From contig SHUQ01000004.1 in assembly GCA_009694585.1 (NCBI GenBank), forward strand, positions 1 through 54,611: a stretch of DNA of 54,611 bases. Direction: 5' to 3'. The position numbers and the translations under genes are program-made. Origin of the DNA: Candidatus Nanopelagicales bacterium (GTDB taxonomy: Bacteria; Actinomycetota; Actinomycetes; S36-B12). This document shows, in pieces, positions 1-10,232 of the stretch. The notes under the pieces are model-generated. The model was not told the origin of the DNA. It did no database searches and was given only the letters and a program-made list of their open reading frames with translations. Position 1 is the stretch's first letter, and each line of letters opens with the position of its first letter.

Positions 1-62
1 ATTTGCGGCTGAAGTCACCACCGCATTATGGCCTGTTAACCCCTTGACGGCACAATATGGGA

Positions 63-404
63 ATGACCGACCAACCTGACCTCATTGCACAAGTCCGGTT
101 TAATGATCAAGGTCTGGCGCCTGCGATCGTCCAACAGTGGGATTCCGGCGAGGTATTGATGATGGCCTGGATGAATCAAGAGGCCCTGAAACTAACCATA
201 GAAACTAGGCAGGCCACCTACTTTTCACGAAGTAGATCTAAATTGTGGGTCAAAGGCGAATCATCAGGTAATTTCCAAGAAGTTCGGGGGATCAAGTTGG
301 ATTGTGATGGCGACACGATCTTGCTTGCGGTAAATCAGCGAGGAGTTGCCTGCCACACCGGCTTGCGATCGTGCTTTGACGCTGTTGGTGATATCAAAGC
401 ATGA
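63..404 (+). CDS. hisI: phosphoribosyl-AMP cyclohydrolase
   Basis: [19 protein letters not shown] and ACHTG..SCF motifs. Start at ATG 63 (6 nt after CACAAT) preferred over ATG 57. Confidence 0.95.
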   Translation: MTDQPDLIAQVRFNDQGLAPAIVQQWDSGEVLMMAWMNQEALKLTIETRQATYFSRSRSKLWVKGESSGNFQEVRGIKLDCDGDTILLAVNQRGVACHTGLRSCFDAVGDIKA

Positions 405-1981
405 GCATTGCCACTGTCCCGGAGTTTCCAGAGTTTCGAGTATTAGCCAAGGATCGTCGAGTCATTCCAGTTACTCGACGGTTATTGGCCGATGATCACA
501 CGGCGGTAGGCCTATTTCGAGCCCTCTGCGGGGATCGTGCGGGCACTTTCTTGTTGGAGTCCGCCGAACCCGGGCGGCTTTGGTCGCGATACTCATTCAT
601 CGGGGTGCGGTGCGCGGCGATGCTTACCGAGCGCGACGGATCAGCGGCCTGGCTCGGGCGAGCCCCGAGGGGGGTTCTGACTTCTGGTAACCCGGTTGAT
701 GTCCTGCGCGAAACTATTGAACTGTTGCGCACCGAGCCAATTCCGGGATTACCACCTTTAACCGGTGGCCTCGTCGGCTACTTCAGTTATGACACTGTTC
801 GACGGTGGGAGCAGGTCCCTGACGACAATCCAGATGAGTTGCAGATCCCCGAGTTGGCATTCCTGTTGGCAACCGATCTGGCAGTTGTAGATCACACCGA
901 TGGCTCCGTGCTCTTAATTGCTAATGCGATCAACTATGACAATTCAGATGATCGTGTTGATGACGCTTGGGAAGATGCGGTTAGTCGCCTAGATTCAATG
1001 CAGATGGCCGTCGGGGCTGCGAGTGCTCCTGGTGTTTGGACCTATGATCCCGATGCGTTGTCCGCTGTAGAGGTGAACGTCTCCGTCGCGGACTTCATGC
1101 GCTCGGTTGAGCTCGCGCAGGAGTACATCCGAGCGGGTGATGCATTCCAGGTGGTGCTGTCGCAGCGGTTCGTGACACCGTGTACAGCAAGTGGCCTAGA
1201 TGTTTATCGTATTTTGCGCACCAGTAACCCAAGCCCCTACATGTACTTGTTACGTCTGCCGCACGATGATCACTCCCAGCCAGATCACCAGGCGGGGCAA
1301 TTGTCCGAACGCACCGCATTTGAAATTGTCGGTTCATCTCCTGAAGCACTAGTTACCGTGACTGATGGTCACTGCGTGGTTCACCCCATAGCTGGCACCA
1401 GAGCCCGCGGTGCGACGCCTGAAGCTGACGCTGCATTAGGTGAAGAGCTTCTTGCTGATGAGAAAGAGCGCGCCGAGCATTTGATGCTGGTTGATCTCGC
1501 ACGCAATGACATTGGGCGAGTTTGTGAGCCAGGCAGTGTCGCGGTCGTTGATTTCATGCAGGTGGAGCGCTATTCGCATGTTATGCATCTGGTATCGACG
1601 GTTACCGGGGAGCTGCGCCCTGATTGCAGTGCCTATGACGCCTTGGCGGCCACTTTTCCGGCCGGCACCTTGTCCGGTGCCCCCAAGCCGCGCGCAATGG
1701 CCATCATCGACGAACTTGAGCAGTCGCGTAGAGGGCTGTACGGCGGCTGCGTCGGTTATTTTGACTTCGCGGGCAATGTCGATACCGCAATTGCTATTCG
1801 AACCGCACTGATAAAGGACCAGGTAGCCGTGGTGCAGGCTGGCGCTGGGATCGTCGCTGACTCAGTGCCCGAGTTGGAGGCTGCGGAGTGCCGCAACAAA
1901 GCGGCTGCTGTTTTGCGCGCGGTTGCTCTAGCACAAACTCTGACCGATGCGTCGGTCTTGACTGGAGACAGGCGCCAGTGA
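401..1981 (+). CDS. trpE: anthranilate synthase component I
   Basis: [47 protein letters not shown] motifs; in trp cluster. Confidence 0.95.
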   Translation: MSIATVPEFPEFRVLAKDRRVIPVTRRLLADDHTAVGLFRALCGDRAGTFLLESAEPGRLWSRYSFIGVRCAAMLTERDGSAAWLGRAPRGVLTSGNPVDVLRETIELLRTEPIPGLPPLTGGLVGYFSYDTVRRWEQVPDDNPDELQIPELAFLLATDLAVVDHTDGSVLLIANAINYDNSDDRVDDAWEDAVSRLDSMQMAVGAASAPGVWTYDPDALSAVEVNVSVADFMRSVELAQEYIRAGDAFQVVLSQRFVTPCTASGLDVYRILRTSNPSPYMYLLRLPHDDHSQPDHQAGQLSERTAFEIVGSSPEALVTVTDGHCVVHPIAGTRARGATPEADAALGEELLADEKERAEHLMLVDLARNDIGRVCEPGSVAVVDFMQVERYSHVMHLVSTVTGELRPDCSAYDALAATFPAGTLSGAPKPRAMAIIDELEQSRRGLYGGCVGYFDFAGNVDTAIAIRTALIKDQVAVVQAGAGIVADSVPELEAAECRNKAAAVLRAVALAQTLTDASVLTGDRRQ

Positions 1982-2583
1982 ACTTCAATCGGTTGGGATC
2001 TTTTAGGTTGACTTTGCTCGGGTTGGTGCTCTCTGGGCTGACTGTGATCACCGCATTTGCCCTGCCGTGGGTAACTACCACCGCCCCACTTGTCGAGGGC
2101 CTCAGCGAGTCACTAACCAACGTCACTTTCACCGGGCGTGAGCTATTGCCATTAGCCGCGGCAATGGGTTGGGTTGGGTTGGCGGCACTTGCCGGGATTA
2201 TCGCGGCCCGGGGATGGGGGCGGGTGATCGTGGGGTTCGTGGTGGTGGCTGCCGGCTTGGTCACCGCGGTGGGTGCTACTGGATTTGGCACTAACCCACG
2301 GTCGTTGCTGTCGGCGACCTTAACAGGCCGAATTGGTAGCAGGGATCTAGGTGGTGTGGATCTTGGGCAGTGGTCGAGGACCCCTTGGTGGGCCCTTGGT
2401 CTGGTTGGCGGGCTTGGGTTGGTGGTGTCCGGTGGCCTGATCGTGGCGCGCGGTCGCACTTGGCCGGGGTTGAGCCGGCGCTATGAGCGTTCTGCCACCG
2501 CCAAGTCGGCTGCTACCTCTGGGCCGATATCGGCTCTGTCCGCTTGGGATGCCCTAGATCGTGGCGAGGACCCGACTACCTGA
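1978..2583 (+). CDS. Trp biosynthesis-associated membrane protein (Trp_oprn_chp-like)
   Basis: GTGA overlap with trpE stop; about 4 hydrophobic segments; WP.LS.RYER and WDALDRGEDPT C-terminal motifs typical of this actinobacterial family. Confidence 0.85.
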   Translation: MNFNRLGSFRLTLLGLVLSGLTVITAFALPWVTTTAPLVEGLSESLTNVTFTGRELLPLAAAMGWVGLAALAGIIAARGWGRVIVGFVVVAAGLVTAVGATGFGTNPRSLLSATLTGRIGSRDLGGVDLGQWSRTPWWALGLVGGLGLVVSGGLIVARGRTWPGLSRRYERSATAKSAATSGPISALSAWDALDRGEDPTT

Positions 2584-2635
2584 CACCTGCTACCTCATTT
2601 GGCAATTGGCCAGGTGCTACTGCTTAGATGTGCCC

Positions 2636-2875
2636 ATGAGTCATGTCAGTGTCAACGACCCACCAGGTAAGCAAATCAAGCAAGGCCACCATGGGTCCAC
2701 CCCCGCCGCCTGGACCACGGTCGTCATCATCACGATCGCATTCTTCGTTGGCACGTTGGCGGTGATACTCGGCAACTGGCCGATGTTCTGGGTCGGCGCT
2801 GCGTTAGTCGTTGTCGCGGCGATAATCGGGAAGATCATGCAAAAAGCTGGGCTTGGCACTATCCCAAGACGCTGA
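2636..2875 (+). CDS. HGxxPAAW family small membrane protein
   Basis: HGSTPAAWT motif followed by two hydrophobic helices; usual position in the actinobacterial trp cluster. Confidence 0.85.
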   Translation: MSHVSVNDPPGKQIKQGHHGSTPAAWTTVVIITIAFFVGTLAVILGNWPMFWVGAALVVVAAIIGKIMQKAGLGTIPRR

Positions 2876-2876
2876 T

Positions 2877-2903
2877 TTACCAAATCTTGACGAATCCCTG
2901 ACG
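2877..2903. promoter_or_regulatory. candidate OmpR-family binding site (11-bp periodic direct repeats)
   Basis: TTACC at 2877, TGACG at 2888 and TGACG at 2899, upstream of the response regulator. Confidence 0.3.
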
Positions 2904-2958
2904 CCGAGGACCCTCCGTAAGGGGTCAGTCGGAACATTTCCGTGGCAGTCTTAGGCGC

Positions 2959-3651
2959 ATGAGTCCCGATTCAGTCAAAGGTTTAATCCTTGTAGTTGAA
3001 GATGAGCGGGCAATCTCGGATTTATTACGCCTTTATTTATCCCGCGAGGGCTTCGGCGTTCAGGTTGAATCCGATGGAGTGGCCGGGCTCAGCGCCGCTC
3101 GCACCTTGCATCCGGTTGCGATCATTCTCGACGTTGGCCTACCGTCAATGGATGGCACAGAGATTTGTCGCAAACTACGAGCCGAAGGCAACTGGACTCC
3201 TGTGCTTTTCTGCACCGCGCGCGATGATGAGGTCGATCGAGTTGTCGGCCTAGAGCTCGGAGCCGATGACTACATCACTAAACCATTTAGCCCACGTGAG
3301 GTGGTCGCGCGGGTAAAGGCGGTGGTTCGCCGAGCGGTGCAAGCTGCAAGCAGTACCGGAGCCCTTGTCCTCGGTGAAGTCTCGGTTGATCCGGTGACAA
3401 GGCGCGTCACTGTTGCCGGTGAGCAAGTGCAACTAACTGCCACAGAATTTGATCTGCTGGAACATCTCATGGCAAATCAGGGCCGGGTTTTGAGCCGCGA
3501 GCAATTGCTCTCTGAAGTCTGGGGTTATGCGGCCATCGTTGGCACCAGAACCGTTGACGTACATGTTGCGCAAGTGCGGGCGAAACTTGGAGATCACAGT
3601 CCGATTCGCACCGTGCGTGGTGTTGGGTACTCCGCGGAGCTTGAGCCGTGA
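2959..3651 (+). CDS. OmpR/PhoB-family response regulator
   Basis: Receiver motifs VVEDE, ILDVGLP, GADDYITKPF; winged-helix motifs LTATEFDLL, RTVDVHV, TVRGVGY. Confidence 0.95.
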   Translation: MSPDSVKGLILVVEDERAISDLLRLYLSREGFGVQVESDGVAGLSAARTLHPVAIILDVGLPSMDGTEICRKLRAEGNWTPVLFCTARDDEVDRVVGLELGADDYITKPFSPREVVARVKAVVRRAVQAASSTGALVLGEVSVDPVTRRVTVAGEQVQLTATEFDLLEHLMANQGRVLSREQLLSEVWGYAAIVGTRTVDVHVAQVRAKLGDHSPIRTVRGVGYSAELEP

Positions 3652-5030
3652 CCTCGAAGCGGGCACGGATGAGCATCGTGACCCGCACCGTCCTTCTCAC
3701 CAGCACGGTTGCGGTAATAGTCGTGGTCGTAGCGGTAGCCGTGTCATTTTTATTGATTAACGCGACAACTTTGCAGCAATCACGTGAACGACTCAGCCGG
3801 TTGACCGATATAACGGTGGCGGCTCTGGATCGTGGTGGGTTGGAGTTGGGTACGGGAATGGGGCAAAGTCCCCTGCTGCCCAAGGAATTAGAGCGCACCT
3901 TGGTTGCGGAGCAAATTTCTGGTTACATCTTGAGCTCGCAGAGTGCGCCGCCACCGGGGCTGTCGGCAGCTGAAATGCAAAGTTTGATGGGTGGGGCGGT
4001 GATTTCCACGGAAGGTATGACCGCCGCCGGCCCGGTGCTCATCGAAGCCCGAAAGATGACCGGTGATTTTGCTTTGGTCCTTCAGTTACCCGTGAAGGTG
4101 GTAGGTGGCTCGGCTCAAGCACTTCTATTTCGTTTTGGTATCGCATTGTTGTTAGGCCTCCTGATTTCCATACCGATTGGCTATTGGGCGTCTCGGCGGT
4201 TAACCAGGCCGCTAAGAGCTGCACGGCAAGCAGCCAATCAGATGGCAGCCGGCTCCCGTGAGGTGTTGCTGATCGAGGAAGGCCCAAGTGAAATTGCCGA
4301 AATCTCTGAAGCGCTAAACCACCTGAGCGGCGCACTCGCATTCTCCGAAGGTAGGCAACGGGAGTTTTTGCTTTCAGTTTCACATGAATTGCGTACGCCA
4401 CTTACCGCGGTCCGGGGATATGGCGAAGCGCTCGCCGACGGGATCATTCCCGCGGACGAAGTAGTTCGCACCGGCGCCATTTTGACTTCTGAAGCCACGC
4501 GGTTGGAGCGTCTCGTTGCCGATCTGCTTGATCTCGCTCGATTGGGTGCGGTCAACTTTCAGATGACCCCAATCGAAGTCGATCTTGGTGAATTGGTGCG
4601 CGAGGCCGGCGAGGTCTGGGTTGATCGCTGTGCCCGCGAGCAGGTAGGTTTTAGTTGCGAAACACCGCCGAACCCGTTGATTGCGTTTGTTGATCCGGTT
4701 AGGTTGCGGCAGATCATCGATAATCTCGCGGAGAATGCACTTCGTGTTTCACCCGAGGGCTCTTTTATTGTGCTGAGTGTGGTCGCCGATGGGCCATCGG
4801 CACTGCTCGAAGTCAGCGACTGCGGACCAGGATTGACCCCAGAAGATATTGACGTGGCATTTGAACCCGGGGTGCTCCACGAACGATATCGGGGGGTGCG
4901 CCCGGTCGGAACCGGGCTGGGCCTGGCTCTAGTGGGGCGGATGGCTGTGGGCCTAGGTGGCCAGGCGTCGGCCGGCCAAACCCTCGAAGGCGGTGCGCGT
5001 TTTATGGTGCGCTTACCCCTCGTAGGCTGA
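3648..5030 (+). CDS. HAMP-domain sensor histidine kinase
   Basis: Two TM segments, HAMP-like linker, H-box SHELRTPLT, N-box NLAENALR, DCGPG and GTGLGL G-boxes; GTGA overlap with the regulator. Confidence 0.95.
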   Translation: MTSKRARMSIVTRTVLLTSTVAVIVVVVAVAVSFLLINATTLQQSRERLSRLTDITVAALDRGGLELGTGMGQSPLLPKELERTLVAEQISGYILSSQSAPPPGLSAAEMQSLMGGAVISTEGMTAAGPVLIEARKMTGDFALVLQLPVKVVGGSAQALLFRFGIALLLGLLISIPIGYWASRRLTRPLRAARQAANQMAAGSREVLLIEEGPSEIAEISEALNHLSGALAFSEGRQREFLLSVSHELRTPLTAVRGYGEALADGIIPADEVVRTGAILTSEATRLERLVADLLDLARLGAVNFQMTPIEVDLGELVREAGEVWVDRCAREQVGFSCETPPNPLIAFVDPVRLRQIIDNLAENALRVSPEGSFIVLSVVADGPSALLEVSDCGPGLTPEDIDVAFEPGVLHERYRGVRPVGTGLGLALVGRMAVGLGGQASAGQTLEGGARFMVRLPLVG

Positions 5031-5034
5031 GCCG

Positions 5035-5514
5035 GTGGAACAATCGACTGTTGCAGCCCCTTCGTCGCATGACATTGTCGAGGCAGCACGGATTGATGGG
5101 CGTTCACTCGCACGCAGGCTGGTGGCGCCACTTGGTACCGGGGCCTTGGTGGGCGTCGGGCTCGGCTACCTATGGGCGGTTGATCCCAATGAGCCCGGTC
5201 ACTACCCGCTCTGCCCGACTCGTGCGGTTCTTGGCATTGATTGCCCCGGATGCGGTCTGCTGCGTGGTACCCATGATTTACTCCACGGTGATGTTGCGGG
5301 CGCGATTGATAACAATGCACTACTAGTGGTGCTAGTGCCGGTGGCGATTTTGCTTTGGGTGTTTTGGTTATTTCGCAGTTGGAGTGGGTACCGCGGCCCC
5401 GTTACCCGCGAGCAGTTTCAACGCCGAAACCGAATTACGTATTTTAGTCTGGCAATTGTGCTGACCTTTGGAGTCATCCGGAACTTTGTCCCATATCTAT
5501 CTTCGGGGGCCTGA
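5035..5514 (+). CDS. DUF2752-like membrane protein
   Basis: CP...G..CPGCG..R motif with TM helices and C-terminal F.V.RN; precedes trpC. Confidence 0.85.
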   Translation: MEQSTVAAPSSHDIVEAARIDGRSLARRLVAPLGTGALVGVGLGYLWAVDPNEPGHYPLCPTRAVLGIDCPGCGLLRGTHDLLHGDVAGAIDNNALLVVLVPVAILLWVFWLFRSWSGYRGPVTREQFQRRNRITYFSLAIVLTFGVIRNFVPYLSSGA

Positions 5515-5549
5515 CCGGGGTCAACTTTGGCGGCGGTTACCCTTGTGGG

Positions 5550-6359
5550 GTGACCGTGCTGGATGACATCCTTGTGGGCGTGCGCGATGACCTCGCGCAG
5601 CGGATCGACGCAGTGCCATTGGATGAATTGAAAGATCGCGCGCAACGGGCGCGTCCAGCAATTGACCTATTTAAAGTCCTAAAAGGAGAAGATGTCTCCG
5701 TTATTGCGGAAGTCAAACGTGCCAGCCCCAGCAGCGGCGCGATCGCTGACATTGGCGACCCAGCGCTGCTGGCCTGCGCGTACGAAGACGGTGGCGCGCA
5801 CTGCATCAGTGTGCTTACTGAAGAACGGAGATTCGGCGGCAGTTTGGCCGACCTCGCCGCTGTGCGAGCGGCAGTTGATATCCCGGTCCTCCGCAAGGAT
5901 TTCATAATCTCCAGTTACCAACTGTGGGAAGCAAAGGTTTATGGCGCCGACATGGCATTGCTTATCGTGGCAGCCCTGGATCAGCCAGCTTTGATTAGTT
6001 TGGTTGAGCGGGCAAAGAGTTTGGGCCTAAGCGCGTTGGTTGAGGTGCACGATGAACTTGAGGTGCAGCGGGCCTTGGATGCTGGCGCAGTCATCGTCGG
6101 TGTCAATGCCCGGGACTTGAAGACCTTGGAAATCGACCGCACGGTATTTGCCCGGCTCGCCCCGATGATTCCCGAATCATGTGTGCGGATCGCCGAATCC
6201 GGGGTGCGCGGCCCGCACGATCTGATCTCCTATGCTGAGGCCGGTGCCGATGCGGTGCTTGTCGGAGAGAGCCTCGTCACGGACAAGGATCCGCGGGCTG
6301 CCGTGCACGACCTCGTCACGGCTGGGGCACACCCGGCGCTTCGGCATAGTCGGGGTTGA
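5550..6359 (+). CDS. trpC: indole-3-glycerol phosphate synthase
   Basis: [32 protein letters not shown] motifs. Confidence 0.97.
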   Translation: MTVLDDILVGVRDDLAQRIDAVPLDELKDRAQRARPAIDLFKVLKGEDVSVIAEVKRASPSSGAIADIGDPALLACAYEDGGAHCISVLTEERRFGGSLADLAAVRAAVDIPVLRKDFIISSYQLWEAKVYGADMALLIVAALDQPALISLVERAKSLGLSALVEVHDELEVQRALDAGAVIVGVNARDLKTLEIDRTVFARLAPMIPESCVRIAESGVRGPHDLISYAEAGADAVLVGESLVTDKDPRAAVHDLVTAGAHPALRHSRG

Positions 6360-6366
6360 GGCGTCG

Positions 6367-7596
6367 ATGCCGACCTCTGAATCCGCGGTCACCTCGGGGC
6401 ACTTCGGGCCGTACGGCGGTCGCTTCGTTCCGGAGGCCCTAACCGCAGCCCTTGACGAGTTGGATGCCGTATTTCGTTCGGCAATAATCGACCCAGATTT
6501 CATTGCCCAACTAACGCAATTGGAGCTCTCGTATACCGGTAGGCCAAGCCCGCTGACTCGGGCGGATCGGTTTGCCGTGCATTGCGGGGGAGCGCGCGTC
6601 TATTTGAAACGCGAGGACCTAAATCACACGGGATCGCACAAGATCAACAATGCGCTCGGGCAGGCGTTACTTACCCAGCGAATGGGTAAGACTCGGATGA
6701 TTGCCGAGACGGGTGCAGGCCAACATGGCGTGGCCACCGCAACGGCGGCGGCGCTGCTCGGGCTTGAATGCACTGTCTTCATGGGCGAGGAAGATACCCG
6801 CCGTCAGGCATTGAATGTGGTCCGGATGCAACTACTGGGGGCTGAAGTTATTTCAGTTACTGCAGGTAGCCGCACCTTAAAAGATGCGATTAATGAAGCC
6901 ATGCGAGATTGGGTGGCAACTGTCGAGCGCACTCACTATGTGCTCGGTACGGTCACCGGTCCAGCGCCATTTCCAGAAGTTGTTCGCTATTTTCAGGCTG
7001 TTATCGGGCGTGAGGCCCGCGAACAAATTCAACTGGCCGAAGGCAGACTGCCCGATGCCGTTGTCGCCTGTGTAGGTGGTGGGTCAAATGCGATGGGGCT
7101 ATTTAGCGGATTCATGGACGATCCCTCGGTGCAATTGCGCGGTTACGAGGCTGGTGGCGACGGAGTAGAGACCGGTCGCCATGCGGCCAGGTTCGCGGCT
7201 GGTTCGCCGGGTGTATTGCACGGTACGCGCACCTATGTCATGCAAGACGAATGGGGGCAAACAATCCCCTCGCATTCGATCAGCGCTGGCCTGGATTATC
7301 CGGGGGTTGGTCCGGAGCACTCATGGCTGCATGACTCCGGTCGGGCGAAGTATGAACCGGTAAATGATGACGAGGCGATGGACGCATTCGCGCTACTTAG
7401 TCGCACCGAAGGCATCATCCCGGCGATCGAGACCGCGCATGCTTTGGCCGGTGCGATACGAGTGGGGCGCGAGTTGGGGTCAGATGCGGTGATCATTTTG
7501 AACTTGTCCGGCCGCGGCGATAAGGATGTCGCGACAGCGGCTCGGTGGTTTGGGATCGGCGCACCAGAAGGTATTGAGATGGTTGAAGGCCGATGA
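6367..7596 (+). CDS. trpB: tryptophan synthase beta chain
   Basis: [24 protein letters not shown] (PLP lysine), [22 protein letters not shown]; start set at ATG 6367 after the trpC stop. Confidence 0.97.
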   Translation: MPTSESAVTSGHFGPYGGRFVPEALTAALDELDAVFRSAIIDPDFIAQLTQLELSYTGRPSPLTRADRFAVHCGGARVYLKREDLNHTGSHKINNALGQALLTQRMGKTRMIAETGAGQHGVATATAAALLGLECTVFMGEEDTRRQALNVVRMQLLGAEVISVTAGSRTLKDAINEAMRDWVATVERTHYVLGTVTGPAPFPEVVRYFQAVIGREAREQIQLAEGRLPDAVVACVGGGSNAMGLFSGFMDDPSVQLRGYEAGGDGVETGRHAARFAAGSPGVLHGTRTYVMQDEWGQTIPSHSISAGLDYPGVGPEHSWLHDSGRAKYEPVNDDEAMDAFALLSRTEGIIPAIETAHALAGAIRVGRELGSDAVIILNLSGRGDKDVATAARWFGIGAPEGIEMVEGR

Positions 7597-8390
7597 GCCG
7601 CCGATTATCTGAAGTCTTTTTGCAGGCAAAATCCGCAAATCGCGCGGCGTTGATCGGCTATCTACCGGCGGGTTTTCCGACTGTTGACGCATCGGTCGAA
7701 CTAATGAACGCGATGATCGATGCCGGGGTCGATGCAATTGAGGTGGGGCTGCCATATTCGGATCCGTTGATGGACGGTGCTGAAATCCAGTTCGCGGTTG
7801 ACCTGGCCTTGACTACGGGCACGACTACCGATGTGGTTTTGGACGTTGTTGGCCGCCTTGATGGCACGCGAGCAGCAGTGTTGGTGATGTCCTACTGGAA
7901 CCCAATCGAGCGTTTCGGGGTTGAGCGGTTTGCCAAACACTTGGCCGCGGCAGGTGGCAACGGTGTCATTACCCCGGACTTGACCCCCGAAGAGGCGGGT
8001 TCTTGGTTGACCGCTACCAGAGCTCACGGGATTGACACAATTTTTTTGGTTGCGCCATCGTCAACCGATGATCGAATCTCGACCGTAGTTAAGAACACCT
8101 CGGGTTTCGTATATGCAGCCTCAACGATGGGGGTAACCGGAGCTCGGAGCCAGGTTGGTGCTGGCGCGCAGGCGCTGGTGGCCCGCACCCAGATGGCCAC
8201 CGACTTACCGATTGCTGTCGGCCTCGGGGTTTCGACCGGTGCTCAGGCCCATGAAGTGGCGGCCTATGCCGATGGCGTGATCGTGGGATCGGCTTTTATC
8301 CGCTGTATCCGGGCGACTCCTGATCTACCGGCCGCCATCTGCGCCGTGCGTGCTCTTGCCGATGAACTGGCCGAGGGGGTTCACCGGTGA
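7593..8390 (+). CDS. trpA: tryptophan synthase alpha chain
   Basis: [29 protein letters not shown] motifs. Confidence 0.97.
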   Translation: MSRRLSEVFLQAKSANRAALIGYLPAGFPTVDASVELMNAMIDAGVDAIEVGLPYSDPLMDGAEIQFAVDLALTTGTTTDVVLDVVGRLDGTRAAVLVMSYWNPIERFGVERFAKHLAAAGGNGVITPDLTPEEAGSWLTATRAHGIDTIFLVAPSSTDDRISTVVKNTSGFVYAASTMGVTGARSQVGAGAQALVARTQMATDLPIAVGLGVSTGAQAHEVAAYADGVIVGSAFIRCIRATPDLPAAICAVRALADELAEGVHR

Positions 8391-8465
8391 GTTGGCTAGG
8401 TCGCGTACCGTGGGCACCTAATAGCTTGTAATGAATCAATTTCAATACTTAAAGGAGCACAACTG

Positions 8466-9263
8466 ATGGGCGAGGGCGGCAAGAATCGGCGCGAGGCGGC
8501 AGCGGCAGCGCGGGCGGCTTCGCAGTCCGGGGAGAAACGCCGCGAGCGCACAATTCGCATTGTGGGTGGAGTCACGGTTATTTTGGTGGTGGTCGGAATC
8601 ATCGGTATAGCAATTTTTGCCAAGAGCACTGACACTACTGGCACCCCAGCTACCGTCCCTGCTGATCCAGCCGCGGCAATTCCTGCCGGGGTGTTCCCTG
8701 CTGGCGATGCCAATGAATATGGCGTGCCGTACAACGCTTCGGCAACTGGCGTCCCGGTGCTTACTATTTGGGAAGACTTTCAATGTCCGTCATGTGCAAA
8801 CCTCGAAGAGACGAACGGTGCTGGCATTGTCAAGCTTGCCGATGAAGGCAAGGTGCAACTGGTCTGGCGACCAACAACCTTCCTAGACTTCCGTGTTGGC
8901 AATGACTCCTCAGCGCGTGCGGTTGCCGCCTGGGGCTGCGCGGTCGATGCTGGGAAAACTAGGGAGTATCACGATGTGGTGTACAAGAACCATCCCGAAA
9001 CTGAGGGTGATGGTTACACCGATGAAAAACTACTGACTTTCGCAGCTGACTCAGGTATTTCCGGTCCGGCACTTGACACATTTACCCAATGTGTGGCCGA
9101 TCGCACCTATGTCGGCTGGGCCGCCAATAGCTATGACGCGTTCCTAAAGGCGAAGGTGCCCGGAACCCCGGCTGGATATCTCAACGGCAGCCCGCTCGCT
9201 GACGGCGTCCTGTCTGATCCAGTAGCGCTGGAAGCGGCTGTTGCTGCCGAGGCGGCGAAATAG
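8466..9263 (+). CDS. membrane-anchored DsbA/thioredoxin-fold protein
   Basis: N-terminal TM helix, EDFQCPSC redox motif, GTP cis-Pro loop; SD AAAGGAG upstream. Confidence 0.88.
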   Translation: MGEGGKNRREAAAAARAASQSGEKRRERTIRIVGGVTVILVVVGIIGIAIFAKSTDTTGTPATVPADPAAAIPAGVFPAGDANEYGVPYNASATGVPVLTIWEDFQCPSCANLEETNGAGIVKLADEGKVQLVWRPTTFLDFRVGNDSSARAVAAWGCAVDAGKTREYHDVVYKNHPETEGDGYTDEKLLTFAADSGISGPALDTFTQCVADRTYVGWAANSYDAFLKAKVPGTPAGYLNGSPLADGVLSDPVALEAAVAAEAAK

Positions 9264-9269
9264 GTATCG

Positions 9270-9290
9270 GGTCCCTCGTTCACGAGGGCC
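9270..9290 (+). terminator. short hairpin after the dsbA-like gene (possible U-less terminator)
   Basis: CCCTCG-TTCA-CGAGGG stem-loop a few nt after the stop; no U-tract. Confidence 0.3.
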
Positions 9291-9295
9291 TAAGC

Positions 9296-10153
9296 TTGGG
9301 GCCGACTTTTATCCCAAGCCCATCAGTTGGTGTTTGGAACCTCGGCCCGATCCCGATCCGGGCGTATGCCCTATTTATTGTTGTCGGCATTGTCGTTGCA
9401 GTTTGGTTCGGCAACAAGCGGTATCTGGCTCGCGGGGGCAAGCCCGGGGTGATCACCGATATCGCAATCTGGGCGGTGCCATTTGGCATTGTGGGCGGGC
9501 GTCTTTATCACGTGATCTCCGATGCTCAGTTGTACTTCGGCCCAGACGGTCGAGGCTTAGCCGCTGCCTTTCGAATCTGGGACGGCGGGCTTGGGATTTG
9601 GGGCGCGGTAACTCTCGGCGCCCTAGGAGCCCTGATCGGCGCCCGGCGTGCCGGGGTGCTATTGCCACCGATTGCAGATGCTATTGCTCCGGGCATCGCA
9701 TTAGCGCAAGTGATCGGGCGCCTTGGCAACTGGTTTAACCAGGAGCTCTTCGGGGCCCCGACAACAGTCCCGTGGGCACTTGAAATTGATTTTACGCACC
9801 GCCCGGTCGGCTACGAAACCTTCGCGACTTTTCATCCGACTTTTCTTTATGAGGCGCTGTGGATGCTGGGCGTCGTGGTCGTTCTACTCTGGGCCGATAA
9901 GTGGTTTCACATGGGTCACGGCCGAGTCTTCGCGCTCTATGTGGCTTTGTACTGTACCGGACGCCTGTGGATCGAATCCCTGCGAATCGATACGGCCAAC
10001 ACGATTTTGGGCCTTCGCCTAAATATCTGGACCGCAATGCTCGTTGGCGTCGGTGCGCTTGCTTATCTGGTCATTTCGGCACGGCTTCGTCCCGGCCGCG
10101 AGGACCTCGTGAAGGCGGAGTCAGGCCAAGATTTGACATCGGGTATAGTTTGA
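9296..10153 (+). CDS. lgt: prolipoprotein diacylglyceryl transferase
   Basis: [37 protein letters not shown] motifs; TTG start uncertain. Confidence 0.95.
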   Translation: MGPTFIPSPSVGVWNLGPIPIRAYALFIVVGIVVAVWFGNKRYLARGGKPGVITDIAIWAVPFGIVGGRLYHVISDAQLYFGPDGRGLAAAFRIWDGGLGIWGAVTLGALGALIGARRAGVLLPPIADAIAPGIALAQVIGRLGNWFNQELFGAPTTVPWALEIDFTHRPVGYETFATFHPTFLYEALWMLGVVVVLLWADKWFHMGHGRVFALYVALYCTGRLWIESLRIDTANTILGLRLNIWTAMLVGVGALAYLVISARLRPGREDLVKAESGQDLTSGIV

Positions 10154-10232
10154 GCCGATAGGCCAACGTCGTCCTGTCGAATCCACCCACTGGGCATTTT
10201 GCCGAGGGTGGCGCGACGACGAAAGGGCATCG
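10144..10232 (+). promoter_or_regulatory. gltB promoter and structured 5' leader
   Basis: TATAGT at 10144-10149; nested stems CGTCGTC/GACGACG, CCACCC/GGGTGG, GGCA/TGCC ending next to AAAGGG. Confidence 0.45.

Noticed and set aside
1888-1977. Cys-rich N-terminus of ORF 1888..2583, superficially like a RiPP or metal-binding peptide
   Set aside because: Alternate-frame read of the trpE 3' end; the real start is the GTG at 1978.
6232-6366. N-terminal extension of the trpB ORF, or a possible trpM-like small gene between trpC and trpB
   Set aside because: It overlaps trpC in another frame and has no recognisable TrpM motif; only 7 nt separate trpC from the ATG at 6367.
401-8390. No trpG, trpD or trpF in the trp cluster
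   Set aside because: Normal for actinobacteria: trpG and trpD are usually elsewhere, and the TrpF step is often done by bifunctional HisA/PriA.
10133-10149. TTGACA and TATAGT as a -35/-10 pair for gltB
   Set aside because: They are only 5 nt apart; only the -10 is kept as plausible.
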